Source: Azolla caroliniana
Taxonomy: Eukaryota > Plantae > Polypodiophyta
Assembly (NCBI GenBank): GCA_043228905.1
Contig: JBHGNT010000002.1
Location: 5,580,001 to 5,644,000 of the forward strand
Length of the DNA: 64,000 nucleotides
Reading direction: 5' to 3'
In this document: positions 50,940 through 63,674 of the stretch, in pieces
Numbering within the stretch: the stretch's first letter is position 1
Layout: each line of letters begins with the position of its first letter
Made by a program: the position numbers and the translations under genes
The notes under the pieces: model-generated
The model's database searches: none
Seen by the model: the letters and a program-made list of their open reading frames with translations, nothing else
Told to the model about the DNA's origin: nothing

Positions 50940-51430
50940 GATACATTGGTGTTACAAAAAGGCATCATTCACAAAGGAATCTATTGATACGTCATGCAGC
51001 AAATGTGTTGCATCTCATCTTTCAAACCATTTTTGCATATCTTGCATCCAACGGGAACACAAAAGTTTGCTTTTATGCATCTTTTGGATCTTTTTGCTTG
51101 TGATTCTAGGAAGTCAATGTGAGGGACTTTTTTGAACCTTAAGCATGTATTCAACAACCCTTTCCATGGCCATGATCTCAATGGGAAGTGATCCCGTCTC
51201 AAATAGGAGGGTGTATGTAATTTGTTTCTTAACTTGTAGAAACTTTGTAAGAAAATGCTTTTGGACATTTTTGAACTCTTTCTAAGTAGATTTAGGGATG
51301 TCACCACCCCATAGGGAAGTGCCGATAGCACCAAAGTGTCAAAAAGGTATTTCGGGAGGACCCAACACTTAATTTCTCCATGATTGTATTTGTTCTCAAA
51401 TCCATAATATGCTTTCTTTCCCACCTCTAC
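50940..51430 (-). mobile_element. Probable LINE ORF2 remnant in an intron
   Basis: KAYYGFENK..KYLFDTLVLSALPYGV resembles the post-RT region of non-LTR elements. It is frameshifted. Confidence 0.45.
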
Positions 51431-51539
51431 ACAGCAGGTAGCACATTCATTCCATCTATGATTTGAAGGAACTTCAAGGCCAAGATATTTGAAGCTTTCA
51501 TCCCAATGAAAATTTCTTAAATGCGTTTTGTGAGTTGGT

Positions 51540-51540
<1 letters not shown>

Positions 51541-51583
<43 letters not shown>
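51541..51583. repeat. (AG)n microsatellite immediately 5' of a splice acceptor
   Basis: About 21 AG units. Confidence 0.98.
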
Positions 51584-51586
<3 letters not shown>

Positions 51587-51595
51587 CATGTGCAG

Positions 51596-53172
51596 GATAT
51601 AGTCCAGCGTATAAGTTTGATCAAAGATTGGAACATAGATGATGTTCAAATCTCCAATATTGATTCTGAAACTGTGAGATTTACAAAGGCTACAGTTTAT
51701 GAACTAGACATAAGAATTGGTGATCATATCCTTCCAGCAAAGTTTATAGATGAAGTAGCAAAATGGCAGCATCTTGGTAATTTGGAAACGACCTCCCAAG
51801 AACAGGATTGCCAAGGGAAGGTTTTAAAGGTTTCATGGAGTTCGAAGGCATTGAGATCTGTATTGAACCCATTTCAGTTGAATGGACCTGTTGGTTTATC
51901 ATTCAAGAGTTCAAAGGCTCTTCAAAATTCTTCCCAGGTACTCATCCCTTCGTTTTGCTCTATGTAGTCTAGTTAATCTGACTTTTCTGGTTGGAATTAT
52001 AATTATTATATATTTTGTAGAGCTCTATGAATGGAATGTTTAGTCAAATGAACTTACAACCGTTTTCTGTTGGTTAACCACATCCATTGAATTGATGTGA
52101 AAATGTGGTCAATTTTACCATATCAATAGTCAGGGGACATGGATGGATATACCACTCATCTCTGTAGACTAGAATATGAACTTTTGCTCACTTGCTTACA
52201 TTTTCTTCATTCACTCACATCCACTTAACTTCTAGTAACAGCCTATATTGACATCTGGTATTGTTAGGGTAAAAATGGAATAGGCTGGAGTGATAAAAAA
52301 AAGTTCATGTCTATGGTTGATAGTGCTTCTCAATTTAGTAAAACTTAACAACATTATCTTCTTTTCGATTTTAGGAAGAAAAACAAATTACAAACTTGAA
52401 CTTAACCATTGGAAGCTCAGTTGAAGTGGAGGGGGCTCAAGAAATTAGCCTTACACACCCTGTGGAGTTGCCATTACCCATCAACCAGAGCTCACCAATC
52501 AGAAGCTTGGCAACAGGCATTTTGTCTCTAGTCACAAAGCATAGATACCATGCAGTAGATGAAAATGATAGCAATTTCCTTTCTTTACACATCAAAGGAT
52601 CTACAATGATTGCTAGTATCAATATGGGCCTTGAACCCCTAGATATAGCACCACCAATAATGCCCGAGTCCGACTTTGTGAAGCTTCTCTATAATGATGA
52701 CCATGAAGAATCTAAGTCTACATTTCATTCCAGTAAGGTTTTTGATAAATCTTCAGTGTGGCCTTTTCCTTTGCTAAACTTATCAAATCCGAGGTTTTTG
52801 GTGTTGGATGAAATAATGAAGGTTTATCTGAGATCTAGTAGCCTCAATAAATCTGTCTCTATTCTGCGCGCTAAAGTTGCTGCCTCGACTTTTGTACTCT
52901 TTGAATTTGAAATTGAGAGGAAGCTTAGCCAAGAAGATTTTGATCCTGAAGTTTGGCCACATTGGAGGATAAGGCCAAATGTGGAAAGACATAGATATCA
53001 AGTTCTTGCCAAAATTAGAGACAACAAGATCTCACCTATTTCAGTTCAACCTTTGAAGCAATACAAAAATGTTGACACGTATATATGGAGGGACGATGTT
53101 TCTAATGTATCATACACAAGTTTTTCTTCATATCTTGCACCCTCTAATGCTATGACACTAGATGTAGATTGA
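51596..53172 (+). CDS. TIN1: TUNICAMYCIN INDUCED 1 (TIN1)-family protein; exons 51596-51937 and 52375-53172; upstream exon(s) and start codon unresolved (transcript may start near 48250)
   Basis: YELDIRIGDHILPAKFIDEVAKW, LNPFQLNGPV, VEVEGAQEISLTHPVELPLPINQS, LATGILSL, LSLHIKG, WPF..LN.SN, LRAKVAASTF, WPHWRIRPNVER..YQVLAKI. These are colinear with the plant TIN1 family as I recall it. Confidence 0.78.
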
Positions 53173-55204
53173 GAATTGTTTATGTAAATGTGTATTTTCT
53201 GTATATTAAGGCATTCTGGATAGTTTCTGGCAGAAACATGATTCCAAACATTTTTTAGAAGAGTTCTTAGAAGACATCCTAATTTCACAGGATATCTTCA
53301 TATGTAATACATTTAATATGGAAAAAGTTTGGGTCTTGTTGGAGAATCTACATATATCCTAAATCATTTGTGAAACACCGAACAATTTCTTGATGTCCTA
53401 TGAATTAGAAGGCTCTGCAAATCTCCTGGTTTCTTCCTTTTGTTTATGTAATTAAAAATGATATATTTTTACACTTTCGTTTTTCTTGTTGCAACCTAAA
53501 TTCTTACCTGCAGTGTGAGCTAATTATATGCCTGAAGGCTGACACAGAATATAGCCTCTCTATGTCTATTTCTCAACATTCTAGTGGTACACAAAACACT
53601 TCTGCATGCTGAATCCTTATCATTAGGGTCCAATTGTTGAATTGTATATACACCTTGAAATTTTGTTCTTGAGCTATGAAATATCACCAGTCTACTGATC
53701 AAGCATTTGAATCACTCTACATCACAAGACGAATCAACTCATGTTGATAGAATTCTATGCATTGTCGCTTAATGGTCTTTGTATTCATCCGTGAAGTTGC
53801 ATGCCATGCTCTTGGACTTCTTTGTAGATGTCCAACATCACTTACGTGATATTTGGTGTAGGTTCGATCTACAACACAACCAAGACTACAATACTAGCCA
53901 ACCACTAGCAACATAATCATATGGTTGTATGTATGTGATGTACATGAGCTTGTATCTATAAACCCATAAATAACCAACACCATTAACCTTCAAGTCCAAG
54001 TCAATCCTCTCATGAGATTGTGCTCAAATCCTAAATTTTGTACATACACCATATGATTCACACATCAAGAATAGGCATCGCAAATTGTATTCCACAATGT
54101 GCAATCTTTGAGCATGTGATCCATCATGTTCATGTATGCATATTGGCCAAGTATCGCTTAAAATGTTTTAGCCTTTACCTCTCACATAAAATAACATGGT
54201 CCATTGAAATAGTTTTGATGTCCTACTGAGAGCTTTATTGCATTTTAAAACATCTCCACAAGCCCAATCCAAGGTCCTCTCATCTAATTAAGCACAAAAT
54301 GTTGGTTGACTGCAGTAAACCACAATATTCAATACCTTACATTCGGCATGCTTATGCAAAAACTATTGCATTCCCTTCGTAGGATATCAGAAAGCCAAAA
54401 CATTTTACAAAACTAGACAACTAGGAAATACTTAAATTTTGCTTAGGTGAATAAAACAGTAGTTTGTGGAGATGAACTCTACATATAGAGCATGATGTAA
54501 TAAACTAAAGACAATTAGTGATGACAGATGTATTGCAAGAAAAATATTAGATAAGAATCTAATCTTAGTAGATATATCACAATTAGTTATTTGGGTAGAC
54601 CTAAATGCATTGTTGCAAAATACTTTAGGAGCTAAATGAAAATTTGTTCATTGAGCAACACTTATTTTCCATTCACCATCATAACCTTCCATTTCACAAA
54701 ATCCTAAGGGCTTTTTGTAAGTGCAAAATTCTAAGAGCTACAGGAGAATGGCGTGGTGTAAAGTTTTTGAATTTCATGGTGAAGAGATCATTGATTCATA
54801 CTAAGATTATGGTGTCTTGTACATTGCAATCAACATTGGCTACATCTGCAATAGTATCAATGCCTTCTCAAGAAAAAAAAGGTATATGATTTTTGGGGTT
54901 GCACTTTAGTTAATGATTTAGGAAAAAATGGTCAGTATGATTTAGGCATTGCACTTTGGCTAATGTTTTGGGAAAACGGTGATTGATCGACTGATTGTCT
55001 AGCTACAAGAATGTTCACAATTGTACCCAAGTGAAAAATAATATTATCAAAACACATTTCGAGTAATTGCAATAGTACTTGCTTGGTGGGATCCTTAGTC
55101 TTCCTAGCAATGCAAACATATCAGAGCAAATAATGACATTCTACCTTTTGAAAAACCACGTTCATGTCCAATTTTGTATTAGAGGCGGCAACTAGAGCCA
55201 TGAC

Positions 55205-55824
55205 TAGTAATGGGCCCAGTTCGGTTCGGTTTCTTGGCCTTGAAACCAAACCAAACCGTTTACGGAAATTTTAGAACCTAACCAAACTGGTTTATCATAA
55301 ATCAAAACCAAACCAAATCATTTTTTTGAGATATTGATTATCATACATATTATGAATCTATGTGAGAAAATCATCATAAATTTGGTCATCATACTTATCA
55401 TAAATTTAGTTATCACACTTATTATAAATTTGGTCATCATACCTGTCATAAATTTAGTCATCATACATATTATAATTTTGGTCATCATACTTATCATAAA
55501 TTTGATAATCATACATCAAAAGGACACTCTACTTATAATGTATATAAAATTTAATAAGTTAGAGCCTAGAGGTTTAAAATTAAAAGTTCAAAGTTAACCT
55601 AGAGGTGAAAATTTAGGAATATTTTTAACCTATAAACCTTTAAACCAAATCACATAAACCAAAACCGCTAAACCATGAAATTCAAAACCAACACGAACCG
55701 AAACCAAACCAGATCATAACGTTTGAAACCAAACCAAACGGTTTATTTATTTTTGAACCAATAAACCGTTAAGCCACGGTTTAACGGTTTGGTTCGATTT
55801 GAGCCAAAATCGGGCCCATTGCTA
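55205..55824 (+). mobile_element. hAT-type MITE, family A copy 2, with an internal 24-bp tandem array (~55330-55515)
   Basis: TIR TAGTAATGGGCCC...GGGCCCATTGCTA, perfect 8-bp TSD GCCATGAC, and colinearity with 36835-37284. Confidence 0.93.
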
Positions 55825-57930
55825 GCCATGACATCGACTATCCTTGTCTAGTATACTCTATGAGTCTTATCGAGCTCACAAGCTTTCAAATTCTGACCTA
55901 CTAAAACAAATGCAACACACAAGTTCGTGCACAGACCCCCTCACCTAAGAAATACAAATTTGAACATGTCAATGAAAGTTTAGCATGAATGATGAGATGA
56001 TCAAGTATGTAAATCTTAATTCTTGAAAGAGCAAGAATTTCATGAATATATCCAATTTTCTTCTCAGTTCATACCATGATATGGTAGAATCCAACTATTA
56101 GACTATGCATGTCAACTAGACTTTGTGACTTAGGTTATGCCAATCTTAAACAAACTAGAAATAGAATGACACACCAAACTTGTAATGAGCAATCATAGCA
56201 AACTCATGCCAATTGATATTTTATCATCCATATATAGCATTTTTATGTTGATCTCGTATCCTTTCATTCTTGATAGGATTCTCGTGTACATACTGTCTTC
56301 ACAATAAGATGTTTACTCTCATGTATTGTTCATGATATTAGTCCTCAACATTAAAGAAATCATGACAGCTCAAAAGGACAATTTAGATTAGAGCTTGATA
56401 ACCAGAATTACTTCACCAAGACATATTTCTAGTAGGAGACATTGTAACATAAATGAGCACATCTGACTATTACTGCTTTAATCTACAAATGCACCATTAA
56501 ATTGATTTTTTCTTTCCCAACAACAATTGATAATGCCCACGATATATCCATAATTTTTGTTACAACGATTGTGTTTGCACATAGATCATATGTTGTCACA
56601 CTCTTGGTGTAACAAAGGGATTCACGCAGCGTACCACATGTATATGTATGGGAGTGGAATAGAGAAGGACATTGGTGTGACCTCTAAATTCATTTGCATC
56701 AAGTGTTTCTTTTTTCTCTATTTTTGCACTCATGGATTATGAGATGGTGTTGTCAATTCAAATGAGTAAATACTTTAGCTTTTCGTGGATTGAATTGGTG
56801 TTTGTTGGTGTATAGGAAAAGCCTTTGCTCTAATGTGAAATCCACTCTAAATAGCCTACATAAATATATCCAAGAATGTTATAATATAGCAACTTTAGCG
56901 GTTTGAAGTGGTGTTGGTGTTGGTCATTTGAGCATTGAAATGCTAATATGACTTTACTAAAATCATGTTAGATGAGGAGACTTCAATTGTGATGCTTAAA
57001 ATTGAATCATTCTACTAAAATACAAATTGATTTTAACCCAAATCCACTGGAACTAGGAGTACTTCCTAGTAAGTTTCTCATAAGACTCAAGCACAATAAT
57101 AAATCAAAATATGTAGTATAAATAAAGTCCATCAAAATGAATCTACTCGGAGAAGAGAACATATGCAAATAAAACAAGACATTAATTATCTTTATAAATT
57201 TTCTATAAACATCATGATGTTGTATTCAAACTTGTTTTGAATACAATCCAAGTTGTTAAGTTCAAGTCTCTTAATGATGGGTGTGACAATATGTTTGACT
57301 AAATTTCTTTGCAAATTTCAGTTTGAGATCCCTATGTTCCCTCTTAGCATGCAAATTTCATACAACAAAGATGTAGATATTTGCTTCCTTTAAGGACATG
57401 ATAAGTTCATTAGAGGAACATAGATATGTGGCTCAACATGTTTTGTGCCTTTATGGGCCATCAATGTACAACAATTGTGACACTACCAAACATGCTCTTC
57501 CTTGTTTGTTAAGTTGCATGGCATAATTAGCAGTAGTTACTATTATACCAAGTATTGTTTATCGAGTTTGATCTAAATTCTCCAGCTTCCAAAGTCATAA
57601 CAATTGTATTACCAATGTTGAAGGTTTGCTTTAGATCGACAGATAAATCAATGTTCAGCACTCATAAGAGAAATGTACAGTAAAACAAGAAAACTTCACC
57701 TATTTTTAGTGAAGTTTATTGATGGTAGTTTGTCATGGGTGAGTACCCTAGATATTCAAATACTAACAAATTTATTGAGGGTTTTAACAATAAGAGGAAG
57801 GTAGAACATAATGCCATCCGCATCCCTTTTCCGACACGATTCTCCAATGACCACTTACATATTTGAGCTATGTTTTCTTGACTGTAATCCAAATTCGCAA
57901 GAAACTGGCTGTGTGCATCCTAACAACATA

Positions 57931-60900
57931 TTACCTTGATGGAGACTTTTCTACAATTCTCAGAGTCTGTTCAGCAATACAAAGCTCCTCATCTGTTGGT
58001 ACCACCATCACTTTAATCTTGGAATTTTGTGCTTGTATCTCGCGTATGCCTTTCTCATCGGCATCATTCTTGTGTGCATCAACAACCAAACCAAGCATTT
58101 CGAGGTTAGAGCAAACCATTTGTCGGACAATCGAGGACCTCTCCCCAATCCCAGCACTAAATAATACAGCATCTACTTTTCCACCCAGATTTAGGTAATA
58201 GGCTCCCAGGTACTTGCGAACACGATGAATGAAAACCTGAAGTGCCAATTTATGCATTTCACTACCGGCTTCCGATAGTTCTATTATAGACTTCATGTCT
58301 TTCTCGCCACAAATGCCATATAACCCACTCTCCTTGTTCAAGATATTGTTTATCTTTGTTGCTGTTAGACCCTTTTGAGATTCCAGAATTTCATAGATGG
58401 CTGGATCAATGTCACCAGATCGAGTCGCCATAACCAAACCCTCTAGGGGGGTAATACCCATGGTTGTGTCGATACACAGACCGCCTTTTATTGCTGCCAT
58501 ACTCGAACCAGCCCCAAGATGACATGCAATGATATTTAAACTCTCCTTAGGCTTTCCTAGGTGCAAAGCTGCTTGATTGAGAATATACTCATAACTTGTT
58601 CCATGGAACCCATACCTTCTTAACCCAAGTTCTTTATAGTATTCATAAGGAATTGCGTATGTGTAAGCATGGCGTGGGATTGTTGAGTGAAATGCAGTAT
58701 CAAACACAGCCACTTGAGGACATTTGAATAATTGTTCAGCAACTCGAATACCCTGCATAAATAGAGAGATTCAGACAAAAAAATGTGGAGTAGTTTGTGT
58801 ATGATAAAGGACATCTATGTACCTCCAGATTTGCCGGGTTATGAAGAGGAGCAAGCGGAATTGCTTTTTCAATTTCTTGCTTTATATCATCTGTGACGAG
58901 CACTGGCTTTGTGAGCTTCTCTCCTCCATGTACGACCCTGTGGCCAACTGCACAGAGACCATCTAAATGGAGTAGATCTAGCACTTTCTTCAACCCGGTT
59001 GAATGATCAGAAATTGCGCTTCCCTGCAGTGTTTTTTCTCACGCTTTACCCTGGGTAGCACTAACCACAAAGAGCTATCGTTTTACAAAATTAACATACT
59101 AGGTCTCAGGCTTAACTCTACGAGTCTACAGTGTCACTACCAGACTCTACTAACATAACTAAAAAGAAAAGGGGTATAACAATGCGAAAGTCCAGAGTCC
59201 CCAAGAAATCCTGTTCATCACAAAGGCCAAAACCAATGACATGGGCTTTCATAGCCAAGGTGGGTTTTTTTTATCTGTTTATACTGGTCTTACTAGAGTC
59301 CATCCAATTTGAAAAATCCAGAGATATTGAGAAACTTTATTCCTCATGGGGGTAGTAACTAACAGGTCAGTTCCAGAGTCATCAAGAACTTCCATGGTTT
59401 CAGTGTATTTGTGTCTTGGGCTGCTGCTATGGCAGTTCGTTGCACACTAGTCTATCAATCAATAACAGTCACATGCAAATATGTGAAACATGACCAATTT
59501 CTGCATCCTCTGATTTATGCATGGATTTCATGTTTCCAAAATACAATCAGAGGATGCATCTAGATGTTTCATAGATTTACGGCTCTTTGCAGATGCTAAT
59601 TTGATTCTTGAGATATTACTCAGCTATTTGGTCGAATAATCCTTCTATGTGAAGCTTGTACCTCCCAAGATATCCCATATATGGAAGAGATTGCATTATA
59701 CGTCCTCATCTTCATATGTTTTATGACTAGATATCTGCAAGGTTGTGCTATATGTTGCTGGAGCACAGAAAAAAGAGCTACACCCTTACCAGTATTTTTC
59801 TATTGACAGTGAATATGAAAATTCTAGTCAACAAGCATGAATATTTGATGAACTTCAAATTCATCACCCACATACCCTCGAACTTCAATTCTCTCTCTCA
59901 TAAGAATGTTGCAACGAGCCTACCTGCATCTTCACTTCCTGCCCGACTTGTAAGTTCTTGTGAGAGACAGAGCATTTCGAGGTGCCAATACCTTCAATTG
60001 CCCCTTTTGATATACAATCAGCTGCTTGTTTGATGCTGTAAAGAGCATATCTGTACAGCATAAAAAATTCACACAATCAGCTAAAAAAAGATTCACACAA
60101 TTTCATTTCATATAGGCACTTTGATAAAAGGGAAAATTTGTTGTGACATGGAGAAAAAGGAGTTAGTCTCATTTTGATACATTATGCGCACAAAAATTGG
60201 CCCCTTCTACAAATTACCCAATGAAGAATCAGATCTAATCTCCTGGTTTTGGGTGACTCTTTAAACATTTAGATTTAGATAGTTCTTTGGAAAATATCTA
60301 TGACTGGAGGGCAGGATTTTTTTTGTCAAGTTTGTACTACCCCAAGTGCAAATATATGTACCCCATTAAGGATTGTTGAATGCTCCACGCCAGAAAATTC
60401 ATACATATCTATATCTAAATTTTTCATAGACGAGACGGTACGAAAGAAATTGAGTGCCCACAGGATTAGGTAAGAGCCAGCCTTTCTGATACTGGATGAA
60501 CAGCATCTTGATGTTTGGCAATGGATCTATTACTGTTGTAACTTGGATGACCTGAGACCAAATTGTCTTGGGAATGGTTGATACGTCTGAAGTTATTTTT
60601 TTTTCCTGGGAGTTGAAACCCTGGGTATAAAGGAGGGGTGACCTTGCAGTTCCTCAGCGCAATCATCCAATGCACGAAGCTAAAGCATCGACATGATTGA
60701 AGCTTTTTGACAAAAATCTTCCATTTCGGCAGGGTCATTCATGCCAAAGGTAAACCCCGCTCATCTTAAATCCGTTTCTTACATTGCAAGAAAGAAAGAA
60801 AGAAAGAAAGAAAACAAAACCATGACTTCCTCTGTCGAATCATTTCCTTCTCTCAACCCAAAACCCTAACGTTGAGATCCAAGGGGGATCAAGAGCAGAG

Positions 60901-61026
60901 ACGAACAACACAGCAAGACGAAAGGAGGGAATCAAAAAGGCTTAGAAAAGAAGGGAAGGGAAAAGGAAAGGTACTTAACTTGAGGGAAGAGCTGCCGGAG
61001 TTGATGACGAGAACAGATCGGCCCAT
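57931..61026 (-). CDS. ACK: Acetate kinase (AckA family), 4 exons: 61026-60980, 60050-59924, 59023-58823, 58752-57931; 398 aa
   Basis: Spliced ORF of 1197 nt containing [86 protein letters not shown] and VPTDEE. Confidence 0.95.
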
Positions 61027-61361
61027 GGTCACCAAGAAGAACAGACAGCAGAGCAGAGCAGAGCAGAGAGATACAGTTATATATATGTACATATAAAGCA
61101 GTTTCTTTTCTTCTTCTTCTTCTTCTTCTTCTTCTTCTCTTCATTTCGTTTTCTTCTTCGTTCACCCCCGAACCGAACCATTAAGCCATGGTTTAACTCT
61201 TTATCGTTGCCAATATTTCTTTTCCGATTCAGTTGCGGTTCTAAAACTTGGGTTTATCAGTTTTATTGGTTTATAGATTTAAGTGGTTCGGTTTAATGGC
61301 TTTTGGTTAACTTTTTTCTTTTTTCCTTCCTTGATGGTTTACCAAATTTTATCGTTTAGGT

Positions 61362-61616
61362 CATAGTATGTAAAATCCGTGTTCGTCTAGCATAACATTC
61401 GTTTTTCTACGTTGGAAAATGAATGGGAATGTTATTCAAACATTCTTGTGTGTTTTTTTTTGTTTTTTTTTCCATTTTTTAGGCTTATTTACCTCATAAT
61501 AAATAGGTAATCCATAAGTATGGTATTTATCATTCTTTGAGGGTGTTTTTCTTGCACGAATGATTGAAACATTCGCGAATGAGAATGCACGTATGGTAAG
61601 TATGGTTCATACTATG
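61362..61616. mobile_element. MITE family B copy 1
   Basis: TIR CATAGTATG...CATACTATG, highly similar to 61819-62079. The TSD is degenerate. Confidence 0.8.
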
Positions 61617-61818
61617 GAACTTTAGCTAATGTGTTTTTCATTTATTTAATTCATTTAACCTAAAACGCTTATTAAACTTAATGGTTTTTTAAGTTCATAT
61701 ATTTTTATTTATTTGACTTAAATGATTGTTTAAATTTAATGTATTTTTATTTATTTAATTTTTTAATTAATTTGGCTTATATAATTAGGTTTAAATTTTT
61801 GACCTAAATGGTTTGGTT

Positions 61819-62079
61819 CATAGTATGTAACTTTCATGTTCGTCTAGCATAACATTCGTTTTCCTATGTTCGAAAATGAATGCGAATGTTATTCAAACAT
61901 TCTTGTGTTTTTTTTTTGTTTTTTTCCCATTTTTTTAATGTTTTTGTTTTTTTCCATTTTTTAGGCTTATTTACTTCATAATAAATACGTAATCCAAAAG
62001 TATGGTATTTATCATTCTTTGAGGGTGTTTTTCTTACACGAATGCGAATGCACGTATGGTACGTATGGTTCATACTATG
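61819..62079. mobile_element. hAT-type MITE family B copy 2
   Basis: TIR CATAGTATG...CATACTATG with a perfect 8-bp TSD GTTTGGTT. Confidence 0.88.
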
Positions 62080-63294
62080 GTTTGGTTTACCTTTTCCTTA
62101 ATTAGTTTGGTTTAAGTGACTTTCGCATTCATAAACTGTTTGGTCTAGTTATTGTTTTTTACAATTGGTTTGGTTCAGTTTGGTTTCGAGGCAAAGAAAC
62201 TATACCAAACCAGGCGCATAGTTAGCCACATGTTGAGGAGTCAACTCCTCCATGTGGTGTGTTACATGTGAACATCCTCGCCTTCCACTCCCGTGGCAAT
62301 GTCAATTCCAACGAGAGAGTCTAGGGTGAGTGTCTCACATTATTCGTTAACCACATGTCCCATGCCCATTCTATTTTTTCTGTTATCTTATTTTATTCAT
62401 TTCGACTTGCATGTGCAAAATGCACACATGTGCCCCTCTTGCATGATTGTTCTCTCTTTTGAAACATGCCATGCTTTTCCTTCTCATAATCCTATTTGGA
62501 AATTGGTTGTTTTCATCAAAAGTGTTTTCTTCCCTCAATTGGTTGCTTTAGGGAACATTTGTTGGTTGGTTGCCTGAGTGATTCCTTTTAAAATTCCATT
62601 GCATGTTTCCTATAATGGGGAAATTCAACTAATGTGAGTGATTTCTATTGAAGTCCGAAAACTTGTTTTTGTTCCATACCCTGTTTGGGAATATCTAGCT
62701 AAGTCAATCCACAACATTGGCAAAAAGGTCAATTTGTAAGATTTGATTCCCCAACCTGTAACTTACATAGCAAGAGAATATGAAACCATTAAGGCATCCA
62801 TTGTGAAACCTTTTTTCTTCTATTTATATGAAAAATTAAAAGGGGCAGGAGATCATCGTCTTGTGTGGGTGGATGGATCACACATTGGCCCTTGGGCATG
62901 AACTAGAAGGGGCCCTACACCTACTTTGGTCATGGATTATTCGTCTCCCTCAGACTCGATTTTTGCATTACTTATTCTCAAAAATAGCATGTTGTGATGA
63001 CATTCTTCAATCAGAGCTCATTGTGGCCTATCACAGAGGAGAATTGGCAAGAACACGACACCAATTAATTTGAGGTTCTAATTAATTGCTTTTGGTTCGA
63101 TGGTTGCCCTATAATTTACAACACAACATATGAGATGAGACCAAATGTCATATTGAACCGCACAAACAATAAGATCCCCCATACTAGAGGGAATCATGAG
63201 TTATGGTTGGGTTGTGGACGATGAAATGTTGGCATGATTTTGTATGCAATTATTGCTGATATGTTTTGGGTTGTGTATGTTTGCCTTCCTTTTT

Positions 63295-63674
63295 TCTTTT
63301 CTTTTTCTTATTTGTTTATACTACTTTAGTATTTTTTTATCTTTGGCTCGCCCGAAGGCTACAACTCACACGAACTCATGTTTTATTATCAGTACATAGT
63401 CCATCAGGGGGTGTACCGAATGGTATGAGTAAGATACATGCACAGGATGACCTCTAGGATATGATGAGACTCGCACCACGTTCCATCATGCAACATATTA
63501 CCTTCTTCATCGTTGAAACCATCATTGTTGTCACCGTCACCATCTTCGTCGTCGTCACTTACGAGCACAAACCGCCCTTTTTAGGTACCACATGTATGTT
63601 GGTGCGGGGAGATTCGAACCTCCAACCTAGCAGTTGGAGTGTCCCCCCATTACCATTACACCAACACATCACGG
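63295..63674 (-). mobile_element. tRNA-derived SINE, copy 2 (full length, ~380 bp)
   Basis: A-box and B-box head, A-rich tail, and flanking direct repeat GTATGTTTGCCTTCCTTTTT (63275-63294 and 63675-63694) as TSD. Confidence 0.88.

Larger units (their letters stand above)
61165..62224 (-). mobile_element. Degenerate family A MITE (copy 3) in the acetate kinase promoter, interrupted by family B insertions
   Basis: GGTTTGGTTTCGAGGCAAAGAAAC..GCGCATAGTTA matches the reverse complement of the family A left end. CGAACCGAACCATTAAGCCATGGTTTAAC matches the right end. Confidence 0.65.

Noticed and set aside
53500-55190. Possible LINE RT remnant or gene
   Set aside because: Too degenerate to assign boundaries or family by eye.
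55318-55597. Ile/Met-rich ORFs on both strands
   Set aside because: Artefacts of the 24-bp tandem array inside a MITE.
57931-61026. Bacterial contamination as the source of acetate kinase; peroxisomal targeting
   Set aside because: It has spliceosomal introns, host-like composition and contiguity with plant genes. The C-terminus PSR is not a PTS1 signal.
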